A program made the position numbers and the translations under genes. DNA of 64,000 bases from Haliotis rufescens (taxonomy: Eukaryota), in assembly GCF_023055435.1 (NCBI RefSeq), contig NW_025963780.1:20398001-20462000 (forward strand), given 5' to 3'. Positions 50,033 to 63,760 of this stretch are shown here, in pieces (within the stretch, counting starts at the first letter, position 1; every line of letters starts with the position of its first letter). Below the pieces are notes generated by a model. That model was not told the DNA's origin. It searched no databases and saw only the letters and a list, made by a program, of their open reading frames with translations.

Positions 50033-50766
50033 ACCCCAACTCTAATAAAATCATCATTATGGCTATGAGTCACAATGAGTTACATATATTTTATAACAAT
50101 TTACAATATAAAAGGATCCTAAATGTCGATAATCTGTGTCACCTTGGGGTTACCTCAATCCCTTGGGGTTACCTCAACCCCTTGGGCTAACAATGGCACA
50201 GCTCCGGACTCCCTAAAACAGTATCCGTCGGCATAACTAATATTAATACGCATATTTCTGGAAAAAAGGAAACCTTTAGAAACAAATCTTCAGGACAATA
50301 CACGTGATACGTTCATGTGTGCTAACACGAGTGAGATGTGTTTTAAACATTTCATGCTCAGAAAGAAAATGTCGACATTCATGATTTTCATGTAGTTTGT
50401 TCGGTCTTCGGGGTAAAATGGAGATCAGGGTAAGTAACAGTAAATGTCGGTTCCCTACCTGTTTTCTCTATACTTCTGTTGTCTTTAGGAGAAATCGGTT
50501 ACGTCCGGTGCGTTACGAACAGGGTTATTCAAGCTGTGGAAATTTCCACTGAGAACGGGAATATAGTCCGTATCAGGGCAATACCATCAAGCTTGTGAGG
50601 CATGACCTAACAAGGACAGGTTTACAGGATAAGTTTTATTAACCTACTATCATGTTAACTGTTTTGCATGAAAAAAAGATCATTAAAGGATGCTGGGAAT
50701 CAAATACTTGAGGATTTGTTGGGTAGCTTGTTCACAGAAGACATAGATCTCCATGTAAGGTGAGAG

Positions 50767-51193
50767 GAGGTGAAATGTGGTCTAAAGTCGCGTCCAACAT
50801 TATTGCACTTATATATATACACAAGTATNNNNNNNNNNNNNNNNNNNNNNNNNNNNNNNNNNNNNNNNNNNNNNNNNNNNNNNNNNNNNNNNNNNNNNNN
50901 NNNNNNNNNNNNNNNNNNNNNNNNNNNNNNNNNNNNNNNNNNNNNNNNNNNNNNNNNNACTAATGCCGATTTTATTGTGCTAGCCTAATGGGATACCATG
51001 TCCCAGTTTAACATGAATACCCCACTCAGATACTGTATACTGACTCCGAGCCGACCAGTCCTTGTTTTAGCCCCTTAATGCCGAGCGCCAGACGGGGTAA
51101 CAACATCTTTTAAGTCTTATGGTACGACGCTTCCGGAAAACCCTATACCTTCCGCTCTCCGGGGGGGACGCTCTGACACTAGACCACGGAGGC
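50767..51193 (-). mobile_element. SINE family D copy spanning an assembly gap (N 50829-50958)
   Basis: Matches 7805-8152 on both sides of the gap, where the internal microsatellite would lie. Confidence 0.8.
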
Positions 51194-52585
51194 ACACTCC
51201 ACGTCAGGATGTGATCTGTGTGAAAGAGATCGGTTATATTACCTTACTCCATTTCGATGACAGAGTAGCCTTGTGGTTAAGTGGTCACGCCGCTTGATTC
51301 TTCTCATGGGTACAGTGGTACGCTAATTTCTGGTGTTCCCATTGGTGGATTCTTGCGTAAAATAATATTCCCTCACTTAATTCGATAAACAGGAAGCATC
51401 GACAAATGTGTATTATTTCGTATGTATTACTTTATAATCGTTCAAGAGGGAACACGGCTGGCCCACTGGTCTCAGGCACCAAAATACTCCACACAGAGTT
51501 GCGTCCCTTATGGGTGCCAGAATGCAAAGATCGTCGGCTCAAATCCCACATTGTCCCTGATTATGATTCTTGGACTATTTGCACCGTACGGCTCGTGGGG
51601 TTCACCAAGTCGGAAGCGTCCAGGGCCGTCATAACTTCCCATCAGGTTGATATGTCTGAAGTATTGTTAAATTCGGCGTTTGCGCAACTCATTAACTCGC
51701 TCGAGATGTTAGTTTATACTGAGATACAAATATAAAATGAGAGGTAAAGTTGTTAAATTTGATTATGTCTATTTTACCATCACTCATTCCTGCAACAGTT
51801 TGTAAAAAGTAATATGTGGCTGGGAAATCATAATTTAGTTAAAAAAAATAATTTGCGACCACATGACCCCTTCCATGTTAAACGTGTTGTAAGTTTGTGC
51901 CGAATACTGTAAAAATGTAGAACACATGGTCCGTAGTTAATGTGAGCCATCGAGCGATGCCCAAAGGCTGGAAAGCCTCAACTTGGATAAACACCATTTT
52001 GTCATATCCAACTATTCTACAGTTCATTTCGGGCTAGTGGCTTTAGTCGAATAACAAGATTTTAGGAGAAAACAACTAGTCTGTGTAGATTTTCGCTAGT
52101 CTCGGAAACATGGACCAGTGGCCGTGTCGGATCCTGCTAACGTAACACGTGACCTAAATACGTCAAATGGAATAACAGAAGGTCGTCATATAGCTGAAAT
52201 ATTGCTGGAGTGCGGGGTTATACAACAAACAAACAAACAAAACCTATAATCAGTGTTATAATTACCATTTAAGACTTATTAAAGCCTCAATGTGGGATAA
52301 CCAGCGACGTGAATGAACGATCAGTGGTTACCTTTAATAACAGCCATAACAAGGTGTGCTGGCCGTAAAAGGCCAGTCGGCAGAGTGGAAAGAGCGGCCT
52401 GGAGAGTTGTTCACAGCGTCAACGTCTGATTTGCCCCAACTCCCAATGTGCCTAGCTTCAGATGGATCGGGTGATCAGACTCATTGCAATCATCGTGTGA
52501 CGTTGCTAATAACGTCAAACATTAATTTACATTATCTACAATGTCCATCATCTTGTCCATTATCTACAAGCCTCCGTGGCGATAG

Positions 52586-52743
52586 GTGCGGCCGGGTAGC
52601 CTGGTGGTTAAAGCGTTCGCTCTTCACGCCAAAGACCCAGGTTCCATTCACCACATGGGTACATTGTGTGTCCATTTCTGGTGTCCCCCACATTTGTATT
52701 GCAGGAATATTGCTAAAAGCGGCGTAAACAAGACTCACTCACT
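52586..52743 (+). mobile_element. SINE family A copy
   Basis: Similar to the 53020 element. Confidence 0.8.
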
Positions 52744-53019
52744 CCGTGGGGATTGCAGGGTAGAATAGTTCCCAGCAGCCTATGCTGATCGTACAAGACG
52801 TCTTAATGGACATGGTCAGGCTCGGTGACGTGGTTGATGGCGTGTCATGGGATCCCGACGGCGTGGAGCGTTGTTCGCAACATTGATCGGCGTTAGCGAA
52901 TAAGAAAAAGGAAGGACGTGGTGTAACATTACCATCAACATAACGTGTGGGTTGTTTACTGTAAGGTGGCGAACAACCAAGAAAGACGATAGTGTCTACA
53001 GTAAGTAAATGAACGTTTT

Positions 53020-53186
53020 GGGGCGGTCGGGTAGTCTAGTGATTAAAGCGTTCGCTCGTCAAGCCGAAGACCCGGGTTCGATTCCGAACATGGGTACAAT
53101 GTGCGAAGCCCATTTCTGGTGTCCCCCGCCGTGATATTGCTGGAATATTGCTAAAAGCGGCGTGAAACCATACTCACTCACTCACT
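53020..53186 (+). mobile_element. tRNA-derived SINE family A (reference copy)
   Basis: A box TAGTCTAGTGATT, B box GGTTCGATTCC, tail GATATTGCTGGAATATTGCTAAAAGCGGCG plus (ACTC)n; further copies at 57364-57501(+) and 58641-58799(-). Confidence 0.85.
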
Positions 53187-53219
53187 AAATGAAAGTTTGG
53201 GATCAAGTGATCAATAATG

Positions 53220-53790
53220 GATTAATATATACGATGTGGTATGGTCGTAATCCACCCCGTAATGACAAATTGACGGAGTCGTTTCCTTTCCTCTTGCAGC
53301 GCCTGGCCAAGTTCGGCTAACGTAGCCGGTGGCCTTTGACATTGCCATACACGTTTCCTGTGTCCCAGATGTGCTCTGTGGGGTCAAAGGCCAGGATTCT
53401 TGGCTGGCTATTGTATTCTGCTGATGTTTTCTTGCTGGAGGTTAAAAAAAGTGACGCCAAGCGCTACCGCCTTGAAAGACAAAACGTGGACCAGCATGGT
53501 AGGCAAACGGCATAACCCAGTATGTTGTCTCGGTAGTGCTATCAAGTGACTCTTCCGTGCACAGTATGCAATTCTTGCAGTTATATGATCCCATCCAGCG
53601 ATTTGATTGGCTGTTTGGGGTCAATTTCGTAAAGCATGGTTTCTGATTAATTGATCCTGGACTTGTTGTTGGCCTGGGGCTCCCTCACGGTGCGGAGCCG
53701 ATCTTTAACATTCTTCAAAAAACATTTCCAAAGTCTGCATGTCACAGTTTGAGACAAATTGAACATACCAGGTGCCTCTTATTGAGCTTT
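53220..53790 (-). pseudogene. Highly decayed Tc1 transposase relic
   Basis: Broken frames read NVKDRLRT, QLIRNHALRN, EHIWD, PPATLAELGQALQEE. Confidence 0.6.
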
Positions 53791-55308
53791 ACCATTTTGA
53801 AACATGCCAATAGCCTTTAGGCATTCATCACGTTGCTCGGCTGGGAATTTGTGGTAATGTTGAAAATATCGGTAAGGTAACTGTCGGAACAAATCATGTA
53901 TAGCGTGTATGCTCAAATTTTCCATCCTTTTTGGATTCCGGTTTAGAACTGGTCCCCAACGAGATATGCTTGGGGTGGAGTAGATGGTCAGGCTCGGTGA
54001 CTTGGTTGATTGCATGAATCAATGTTCTGACGTCAATCATCACTGACAGGAATAGCAAGTGATGTTTAAGTTAGTGAATTTCACTGTCTGTACAGACACT
54101 AACATGTTAGTTGACTTTACTAACAACTTTAAAAATATTTGCTGATTAGACTAGTAGGTGGCATATCGTTACAATTTACTAATCAGATAGAAGAGATTAC
54201 TATCTATCTTTCAAAGAATCTTCTAATTTATTAAGTGCAATAGTATATTTACTAAGCTTGAAGTAAGTTTTACTACAATTTAAGTAAGGCTCGTTTCTTG
54301 GTCCTTTTTCAATCCCTTTGACAGCTGGGAAAATCTGCAAAAATCCCAAATGACATGGACAATGTATAACAAATAATGATTTTCAGTGTCATTTTGAGTT
54401 TATCTAAAGAATGCTACGAAAGAGTAAGTGACAGGAAAATAAAGTAAACAAATACTGTTTTACACTGGCAACCCTTCTTCATTTCACGTGGTCTTGGCGG
54501 CGAAAATGAAACAGGTTTCTCCTTTAGCTTCCCTTTACTGCTGCCGAGTGCAGTCTACCAGACAGGATAGTATATTCGCTGTATACTAACCTTCTGGCAG
54601 CAATTACTAGTTAAGTTAATAAATTTCGCTAGATTTTTCTCAGTGACTAGATTGTCTGTCCTAGATTCGATTAATTACAGACCGCTGTCAGTATGGCTGG
54701 AACATTACAGACTGCGGCGTTAAACAACAAACAAACAAAACAGTTATTCACTATCTGTTTCGCGAACTTTCTGTCTCCATATTCTTTTTATAATATTCAT
54801 TTGCCCAATCTGACCTTTCCTATAAATTTTGGAACCATTTCGTATCTTTCTGGAAGGCAGTTTTACCTCACGTATTCACGACAAGAACGGAATTATTTAC
54901 TTAGAATAAATGTTAAAATCCTAAATGCACCGTATTCACGTGAAAAAGAGCGTGCGTGCATTTGGGCATTTAGTTGTCACTAGTTGACCGTACAATCAGG
55001 GGCATATTTTCTAGATTGCATTCCAGGTTTATATTTCGATGCTGAATTTCTTTTTAACAGCATACAGTGTATATGATGGACGGAGAACAATATCACAAAA
55101 CATTACGGTGATTATCACATGAACCCGAAAGATAACTTGAATAATGCAGTATGTTTAAACCTATAGAAAGTCATTAACATGTACAAGCGTGTATTTTACT
55201 TTGATGTACACGGCCCCGGCCAGTTAGCAGGTTTGGTTCAAATCAGTCAAAGACACAGTTTGTCTGCTATCTCAAATTGCATGATGATGATGATGATAAT
55301 GATGATGA

Positions 55309-55504
55309 GGGTTCGAATCCCTGTTCGCCCCGATTATGTTTCTAGTTTGCCAGCACCATACCCGTGCTCGTGTGTTTCACCGAAGTGGTAAACGCCTGAG
55401 ACCTGCATCACTTCGGGCTTTCCTCCCACATTAAGCTGACACGCAGTGATATAACTGGAATAATGTTAAAAGCGGCGTTAAACCCAACTCACTCACTCAC
55501 TCAC
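55309..55504 (+). mobile_element. SINE family C copy (5' truncated)
   Basis: GGTTCGAATCCCTGTTCGCCCCG...AGCGGCGTTAAACCCAAC(TCAC)n. Confidence 0.8.
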
Positions 55505-55967
55505 TGTGATATTCCTAATTACACGTTTAGATCTGGATTGGATATAGAGCCTAGCATTTCATAGAGTGAGTGAGTGATTTGGATATATCATCAATTTTAG
55601 CATTATCTCAGCCACATGACGGCGGACATTAACAGTGGGATTTATACATTACACCCATATAAAGATTCGAACTCGGCCTTCGAAGAGACGATCAAGCGCC
55701 TTCACCTCTGGGCTAGACAACTTCTTTTAAGTTAGCGCCGTCGTTGTAGGCTGTTTTTCATAAACAATGTCAGGTCAGATTTGAAGGGTTGTATATTTCA
55801 CGCAGGTGTTCGTCGGCATTGTCACGTGGTGTCATGGTTACGAGTTGAGCCAATCGAGGCTCACTTGCGTTTCTTCGACTTTTTTATGCGCGTCAAGACG
55901 CAGAAGTGGCGTGTGTTCAAGAACTCCATTGGTACATGTTAATTTTGTTCAACAAGCTTGCGAGAAT

Positions 55968-56455
55968 CAATCTCATTAAAATCAGATCTTAGTTCTCGCT
56001 ATCGCTAAACAAAGATCTGAGGACATCCCATTACGGGTCACGTCAGACCAACCTAGCGCGAATTTTGACTGACCAGTGGAAGGACTGACAAGAAGTCGAC
56101 ATCAGAAGGCTGCTCTATCGTGCTTTACGGCAATAAATTCAAATTGGCGACTACGCTTCGAAACATTTTTTGACAAATTCTCGATTAAAAATTTGAAACC
56201 TGTACAAAAGAAAATTCTGGAATGGCAAATATATGGTCTAGATTGTCTGGATTCAGTCGTTAAACCCGGAACTATCGTTCGGAAGTTTTCGAGGTTGCAT
56301 GATAAGAAATCACATTCCGACTGTCACTTTCATGATCTGGTAAGCGACGCTCTGATTGGTCGGATGAAAGGTCGTTCTGACGTGACCCCTAATGGGATTG
56401 TCTCAGATCTTTGTTTAGCGGTAGCGAGAACTAACATCTGATTTCAGTGACATTG
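55968..56455 (+). mobile_element. MITE with ~75-bp imperfect TIRs
   Basis: CAATCTCATTAAAATCAGATCTTAGTTCTCGCT...AGCGAGAACTAACATCTGATTTCAGTGACATTG; second copy at 28789. Confidence 0.82.
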
Positions 56456-56793
56456 GGTGAATAGATTATGTTTCTGGGTTTGTCAACACCGTACCCGTGC
56501 TCGTGGGTTTCACCAAAGTGGTAAACGTCTGAGACCTGCATCTCTTCGAGCTTTCTTCAAACATTAAGCTGACACGCCGTGATATATCTTGAATACTGTT
56601 CAAAGCGTTAAACCCAACTCACTCACTTACTATAGTTTTTAAGCGCTATAATGAACGTCGATTGGATTTTTTTGTGATGTGCATATTGAAAGCTATCCAT
56701 GAAGAAACGTAGCCAAACTTGATTTCTGACCCTGCTGTTATTTTGTTGTAGAGTTAAAATGTCGACAAGGAAGGTGCATGAACATTAGTTTGT

Positions 56794-57003
56794 GACCCGT
56801 TAAGATCAGGGTAGAGAAAGGGTCTTCGGCAACTCAGGATTGTCGTGAGAGGCGACTAACGGGATCGGGTTGTCAGGCTCGCTGACTTGGTTGATACATG
56901 TCAATCACAGGAGTGTCTGATCAAGACTCGATTATGTACAAACCGTCGTCATATAGCTGGAATGCTGAGTGCGACGTTAAACAACAAAGAAAACAAACAA
57001 ACA
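56794..57003 (+). mobile_element. SINE family B copy (internally deleted)
   Basis: Similar to the 62509 element. Confidence 0.72.
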
Positions 57004-58213
57004 GACATTAGTTTGTTGCCATATGATGTACTTCACAATGTCCCGTCCCGTAAGAATTTGTCCCCAGAAACCTTTGTTGTAAGTGGTAGATCGGGTGGTC
57101 ATTGATAGCAATCTAATTGAATGTTGGTCATCCTCGATTTAAGATTTAACGCCGTCTGTAAATAATTCAGAAATATCACGGCGAAGAAACTTAAAATGAA
57201 CTGTTTATCTATGTGGGCAATTCAACCCGGGTCTTCGGCGTGACGAGTGAACGGTTTAACCACTAGGCATCATTATCTTTACTGATGCAAATGGTTTGGT
57301 AATACTATCAGTCAGTTCTTCTTCCTCAGCACTCAGCCTAACATTAATCTTAATTGCCAAAGGTGGGGCGGTCGGGTAGCCTAGTGGTTAAAGTGTTCGC
57401 TCTTCACGCCGAAGACCCGGGTTCCATTCCTGACATGTCCCCCGCCGTGATATTGCTGGAATATTGCCAAATGCGGTGTAAACAAGACTCACTCACTCAC
57501 TTATTGCCAAAGGCACAAATACAGCACATGCCTAATGGGTTTCAAGTTTCACAGTAAAAATATACAATGTTATGAATTATGCTACGGAAGCGAGACCTGC
57601 CTGACAGTAAACTACCATAAGACATCGATAAGATTTGAAACAATATTAAAATAAAACAACCTTCATACAAAACAACGTCTACATCAAATAAACAAGGCAT
57701 CACGCGTATTCGATATTGTATGATGAGTCCCGTATGTTGTCTAAGGCATATGGCGAACAAAACAACACAGAAAGGCCTTGATGCGAACACTGTCTGCTGG
57801 CATCAGACCATATTCGGTCAAGTTAGGAGCGATAGATCAGTGAGAGAATGAAACAAATATTAAATGCTGCGCATCATATTTACATGACACCACATAATAT
57901 ATGCATGTACTTACACTGTTAAAAGTGTCAAACCTATAAGGATAAGGTACACTTTCAAAGGAGGGGGTGGGGGGAGGAGGAGGGGGAAGAAATGAAGCAA
58001 CATTGCAGGAACGTTAACTCTACCCATTATTTCTTCAATAGTCACTGAAGCGTACATATAGTACCTTCAGGAGTTTTTTTTCAACCGGCTGTGAGGAAAG
58101 AATATTCCTCTCGTTATTATAGCGAAATGGCGTATGGATGGATGTGCTGGAATTCAAGGTGTCTTTTAAACATACTTGAAAACGACCCATTGACAGTGCA
58201 TTCTTTTCGAAAC

Positions 58214-58460
58214 CCCGCGAAGATCCGGGGTAGAAAAGGTCTTCAGCAACCCATGCTTGCCGTAAAAGGCGACTATGCTTGTCATAAGAGCCGACTAACT
58301 GGATCGGGTGGTCAGGATCGCTGACTTGGTTAATGCATGTCATCGTATCCCAATTGCGTGGATCGATGCTCATGGTGTCATTCAATGGATTGTCTGGTCC
58401 AGACCACCGTCATATAGCTAGAATAGTGCTGAGTGCGGCGTTAAACAACAAACAAAACAA
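58214..58460 (+). mobile_element. SINE family B copy
   Basis: Similar to the 62509 element. Confidence 0.8.
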
Positions 58461-58640
58461 AAAAGCATTCCTGTTATATTACCAATAAGTCCCATAGTCT
58501 CAAATTATCGTACCATGGTTTCCTGTATTTAACTTTGCGTGACCTGAATCAACCGAGGTTACAAGCAGGACTCACTACATTGAATCTGGATTAACCAGGG
58601 TTTGTCAAGGATAGTTCTGCTGGTCAAATTGTGTGATGTG

Positions 58641-58799
58641 ATTGAGTATGGTTTTTCGCCGCGTTTAGCAATACTCCAGCAATATCACGGCGGGGGACAC
58701 CAGAAATGGGCTTCACACATTGTACACATGTTCGGAATCGAACCCGGGTCTTCGGCGTGACGAGCGAACGTTTTAACAACCAGGCTACCCGACCGCCCC
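58641..58799 (-). mobile_element. SINE family A copy
   Basis: Reverse complement of the 53020 element. Confidence 0.85.
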
Positions 58800-59517
58800 T
58801 AAATTGTGTGGAGGGGTGGGGAGAGTATAACATTCAGAACGAGATGCGGGTGCTGTCCTCACCCAATGATACCCCAGTTTCCGTAGAAAGGCAGTTGTTG
58901 TCAGTTGAGGTCGTCTGGAAGCCTAATTTCATGTGTTCTGACATCGGTAGATGCGGAATAGATCGGAAATGCTTGTGATATGAAAAAATTGCACAAGAGT
59001 CATTGTATTGGAGGACAGAGTTAAGTTTTAATACATATAAAGATCTGATTCTGTAATTTCAAGTGAACTATATCTATCTGAGCTAATGAACGCTTACTCA
59101 GTCAACAGGTTTGTTCATTTTGAAATAGATTATACTCATTAGAACAAAGAACGTTTAAAAGTTCAATTTATTTGAAGCCATATATAGTTTTATGGCACTG
59201 TTATTAAATTAAGTTCGGTGAGTGCGATTATCTGATTATTATGTGGCCTGATTCAATTACACCCAGCAACAGCCTGCTGTCCGATTATATATCAAGCTTT
59301 TCAGTTTATTTATTTGATGTGTTTAATTTCATTGAATTCACTGTGGGACACTCAGCTATTTATTTTCTATCAACATCTTGGTTTGCTGATAGACGCTAAA
59401 TCATGTTTTGTTCATTGCTGCTATAGTGACAGTGTACATTTTGCCTTGCAGGACAGCTGCATTAGTTGTTGTCTGGTACTTACCAATTAACGTGTGCCTT
59501 CGCGATTACGCAGAGGG

Positions 59518-59644
59518 TATGGAATACTGTAAGGGACATTCTCGCGATCTCGCATTCTCGTGTTTTGGGCATATTTACCTCGTTTCCAAAGGTCGAGATC
59601 GCGAGAATGCGAGATCGCGAGAATGTCCCTTACAGTATTCCATA
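59518..59644. mobile_element. Hairpin MITE with a 6-bp flanking direct repeat
   Basis: AGAGGG|TATGGAATACTGTAAGGGACATTCTCGCGATCTCGCATTCTCG...CGAGAATGCGAGATCGCGAGAATGTCCCTTACAGTATTCCATA|AGAGGG. Confidence 0.8.
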
Positions 59645-60991
59645 AGAGGGGAATGTCCGAGTAACTCTCCATTCCTTAAAAATAATGGAGCAGGGGCCAG
59701 GAATGGAGAATTACGAGGATATTCCCCTTCTTAAAACTCATCCCTACTTTTACACTTTGACAAAATTTTCTGTTGTGGAAAATATTTGACAAATAAACCA
59801 GAACACTTTGTTGTCTGTATTTAAATGCGTGAGTCGCCATTGCGTGATGCACGAGGAATGCGTTCTCTGCCGCTGTTGCACGTGCCCCAAGCTCCGTCGC
59901 GAGCTGACATTTACAATGCATGGTTCACAGCTGTTCATAATTTCGTTGGGTCCTAAACTAGTATTTATCAATCGCTTGCACATTGTTAATACATGCTGAC
60001 GGGAATAAATAGAAATATAGAGCCTCGAACAAAGATAGATATATATTACCTGATTTGTTTTTTCTCTTCAAAGGTTTATCTAACTATCTATAAATATGAA
60101 CATTAATGTGGGTAACCTGCTCTAACACAAACTATATACATATTACATGTATTTTGAGCTTTAGAGAATTATGCAGTATTATGAAAATATTTAATAGTTA
60201 ATTTCACACCATACCTTCATGTGCCGCCGTAGCTGAGGTTGACAGTTACAGTTTCTCAAATCAAACGATGCGGGTACGTACCCCGCTTGCGACACATGTT
60301 TTCGGAAAAAATATGAAATTATTCACTTGTCAATGAATGTGAAAAATAGTTCCGTCTATTCCAAGTGGAAATTAATTCAAATGTTGGTTCAAGATAATGT
60401 ATAGTTGACAAACAACTCACCATTCCTGAAAAATAATGGAGCATTCAAACAATAGAATGACGTCACAGATGTGTTTTAATTTGCCTTATTGTCAACCTAG
60501 TATGCCGGTGTTGTCGTAAATCAACGCTACAACGGCTGATACGCCCTTAGAGTGTCGTTCATCTTTGTATGAACCGACTTACAGCTTGCGTCACCTGGTT
60601 CACTCGTACAGTTTCAATGTGATCTGCAATGGCCTGGGGGATGCCACTGACGTACTAGGGTCATCGCCTGTTGCATGTCCGAGAGGCTACATACCAGTGC
60701 TACCCGTGATGAATTGGTCTGCAGCAACCCATACTTGCGTGAGAGGTGACTAACGGGATCGGGTGATCAGGCTCTGACTTGGTTAATGCATGTCATCGTA
60801 TCCCAATCGCGTAAATCGGTGCTCATGATGTCAAGCACTGGTCGGGTGCGGCGTTACTCACACACACACACACACACACACACACCGAAAACCTTGTTTT
60901 TCCTCGATATTTTAGTGATCCACCTATATACTTTTCATAGTTTGCCTATTATGCCAAATGGAATATTGAGTATCAGATTTCTTTGTAAAAC

Positions 60992-61269
60992 GGGGAACGA
61001 GTGGCCCAGTCGTCTAAGGCGCCACGATTCGCTGTGCAGAGTTGCGTCCCTTGGGTGCGCCAGAAACCTATAATTGTTGGTTCAATCCCTGTTCGCCCCG
61101 ATTATGTTTCTAGGTTTGTCAGCACCATACCCGTGCTCGTGGGTTTCACCGAAGTGGTAAACGTCTAAGACCTGCATCACTTCGGGCTTTCCTCCCCCAT
61201 TAACCTGACACGCCGAGATATATCTGGAATACTGTTAAAAGCGGCGTAAAACCCAACTCACTCACTCAC
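60992..61269 (+). mobile_element. tRNA-derived SINE family C (tRNA-Leu-like head; reference copy)
   Basis: A box TGGCCCAGTCGTCTAAGGCG, B box GGTTCAATCCC, CTTTCCTCCC core, shared tail plus (ACTC)n; other copies at 51456-51700 and 56466-56630. Confidence 0.82.
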
Positions 61270-61776
61270 TTTGTAAAACATAACGCGGCCTGTATCTGCA
61301 CGCCTCCATGTCTATGGACATTGCAGTCTTGGTGACCGTAGAGGAAGAAATTCACCTTTCAGAATTAATGACGAAGAGGACGGAAAGCAATATTTCAATG
61401 CCTTGCGTTTTGTGTGTTGTACCGGAAGTGCAGACGACAGATGCATTAGTAACGTTTCCGTGTTACTTCAGTTACCTCGTATTTCATCGCATCGTGACGA
61501 TGCCGATTCATTCTGATTCATTCTGATGTGCCGAGTGACTTTGGATTGAAACGTTTCGCTAATCGGAATAGAGCAAGGGACATTAAACATATTATATCCC
61601 CTGGTTTTCATTCGATGCACACGTAAAATAACTTTGTCCGGTTTTTGTGTCAATCGCATGCGGTTTTTTTATTACTCTTTGGAGTCCCGATACATGGTCT
61701 CTATACTAATATATAGTCTCTGGTAGTATTTACTACTTTCATCAGAAGCAGACAACATGTGGGATCAAAACGACAT

Positions 61777-61980
61777 TGTCGTAAGGGGCGACTAACGGGA
61801 TCGGGTGGTCAGGCTCGCTGACTTGGTTGATGCATGTCATCGGTCCTAATTGCGTGGATCAATGCTCGTGATGTCAATCACTAGATTTTCTGGTCCAGAC
61901 TTGATTTTTTACAGACCGCCGTTATATAGCTGGAATATTGCTTAGTGCTGTGTTAAACAACAAACAAACAAACAAACAAA
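61777..61980 (+). mobile_element. SINE family B copy (5' truncated)
   Basis: Similar to the 62509 element; (AAAC)n tail. Confidence 0.8.
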
Positions 61981-62508
61981 CTCATTGATGAATGTAATAG
62001 TCTCTTATGATGAGCACGTAAAATCGCTATATCTTGACCGGCGATAACCTGATTTCATTTACTAACATTTTGTTATATGCATTTAAGACCAAATACACAG
62101 TTGTGTCGAATTTAAGGTTGTCTCGAAGTAAAAGCTTGGTCCCTATGTATTTCTGCGTTAGTCATCATTTTCGGTTGTGTCGAACCTCTCATAACTCGAA
62201 GTATTTACGTATGTCCTTCAACTTCGACACAGCGGTATTTGGCATACACCGAACAGACTGGACAGAAAATAAAATATTGTTAATTGTGTTGTTATTGTTA
62301 TGGGGGTTAGTTGTAATATGTTTCCCCGGTTGTAGATTTTGTTTTTAGATATTTTAATTATTTTTAATAATAATAAAATGTTTTTGTTGGTTTAACAATC
62401 CACATATATATGCGCGTGTTTGTGTGGTAAGCTGGAACGGGACTAAAATATTGCTTATTTGGAAGAAGCAAACAAAGATATGATGACAGTTGTAAGGCAT
62501 TTATTACG

Positions 62509-62750
62509 TCCGTGAAGATCCGAGGTAGAATTGGTCTTCAGCAACCCATGCTTGCTGTAAAAGGCGACTAACGGGATCGGGTGGTCAGGCTCGCTGACTT
62601 GGTTGATGCATGTCATCGTATCCCAATTGCATGGATCGATGCTCATGATGTTAATCACTGGATTGTCTGGTCCAGACTCGAATATCTACAGACTGCCGTC
62701 ATATAGCTGGAATATTGCTAAATGCGGCGTTTAACAACAAACAAACAAGC
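62509..62750 (+). mobile_element. SINE-like family B (reference copy; Nin/Deu-like core, (AAAC)n tail)
   Basis: CCGTGAAGATCC..GTAGAATTGGTCTTCAGCAACCCATGCTTG..GTAAAAGGCGACTAACGGGATCGG...GCGGCGTTTAACAACAAAC; more than 10 copies in the window. Confidence 0.82.
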
Positions 62751-62818
62751 AAAAATTGCGCCATTTCATGCAGTGTCATTAATGTAGTTATAAAAATAAT
62801 ACGTATCCTACATCAACA

Positions 62819-62825
62819 TGAGTGA

Positions 62826-62887
<62 letters not shown>
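62819..62887. repeat. (GT)n microsatellite
   Basis: Direct observation. Confidence 0.95.
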
Positions 62888-62890
<3 letters not shown>

Positions 62891-63345
62891 GTGTCGACAT
62901 CCAAATTGAGTCAATAAGTTAATCCATAAATCTGTACGTATAATAATTCAGTGTGAAACTAACAAACAACAAAGACATTATTTGCAATTAACATTTGTAT
63001 CACAAAATGAACCAGGTTGACAAATCAATGCAAATTACTGCACAGCAATTACAATGCAAGCATACAACAGAATGGCAGTACAATACAATAGCAGTGATAA
63101 AACACAATAGCAGTGCATGGCGATAACAAAAGTCAGTGAAAATAATATTCACCTATCAGCAACTGTGGTCAAGCTTCCAAAATAGGCCTAGGCTGGGAAT
63201 CCAGGCTGAAAAGTGGTTTTATCACAACCGCTGGTCTTGATGTAATGTGAGAGGATATATGCACGGGCTAGTCTAAATACCTTCTGGAAGGTTCTATCAC
63301 ATGATAGCATTGCCCATGATGATGAAATCAGTGTTTGTTGTATCG

Positions 63346-63573
63346 TTGTTTGTTGTTTAACGCCGTAATCATCAATATTCAAACTACATGACGGCGGTTT
63401 GTAAATAATCGAGTCTGGACCAGACAGTCCAGTGATTGACATCATCAACATCGATCTACGCAATGATGACATGCATCAACCAAGTCAGTAAGTGAGGCCA
63501 CCCGATGCCGTTAGTCGTCTCTTACAGCAAGCATGGGTTGCTGAAGACCTATTATTACCAGGATCTTCACAGG
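63346..63573 (-). mobile_element. SINE family B copy
   Basis: Reverse complement of the 62509 element. Confidence 0.8.
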
Positions 63574-63723
63574 TGAAATGACCTATGAAAATGTACATTT
63601 TGTTAAATGTAGTAATGACATATGTACATTTTCCTAATGTTGATTATATTTAATGTGCCAAATCACATTATGATCACAATGATCACAATGTGCTTTCTGT
63701 TTTTCTGTTACCAACACTTGGAC

Positions 63724-63760
63724 CAGAGACCATATAATAGAATCTATTCTATGGTCTCTG
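63724..63760. mobile_element. 37-bp micro-MITE with 11-bp TIR and 7-bp TSD
   Basis: CTTGGAC|CAGAGACCATA...TATGGTCTCTG|CTTGGAC. Confidence 0.7.

Noticed and set aside
53020-53095. Apparent tRNA genes (also at 3990, 57364, 60992)
   Set aside because: A/B boxes are present but there is no closing acceptor stem or poly-T terminator; each continues into a multi-copy SINE body.
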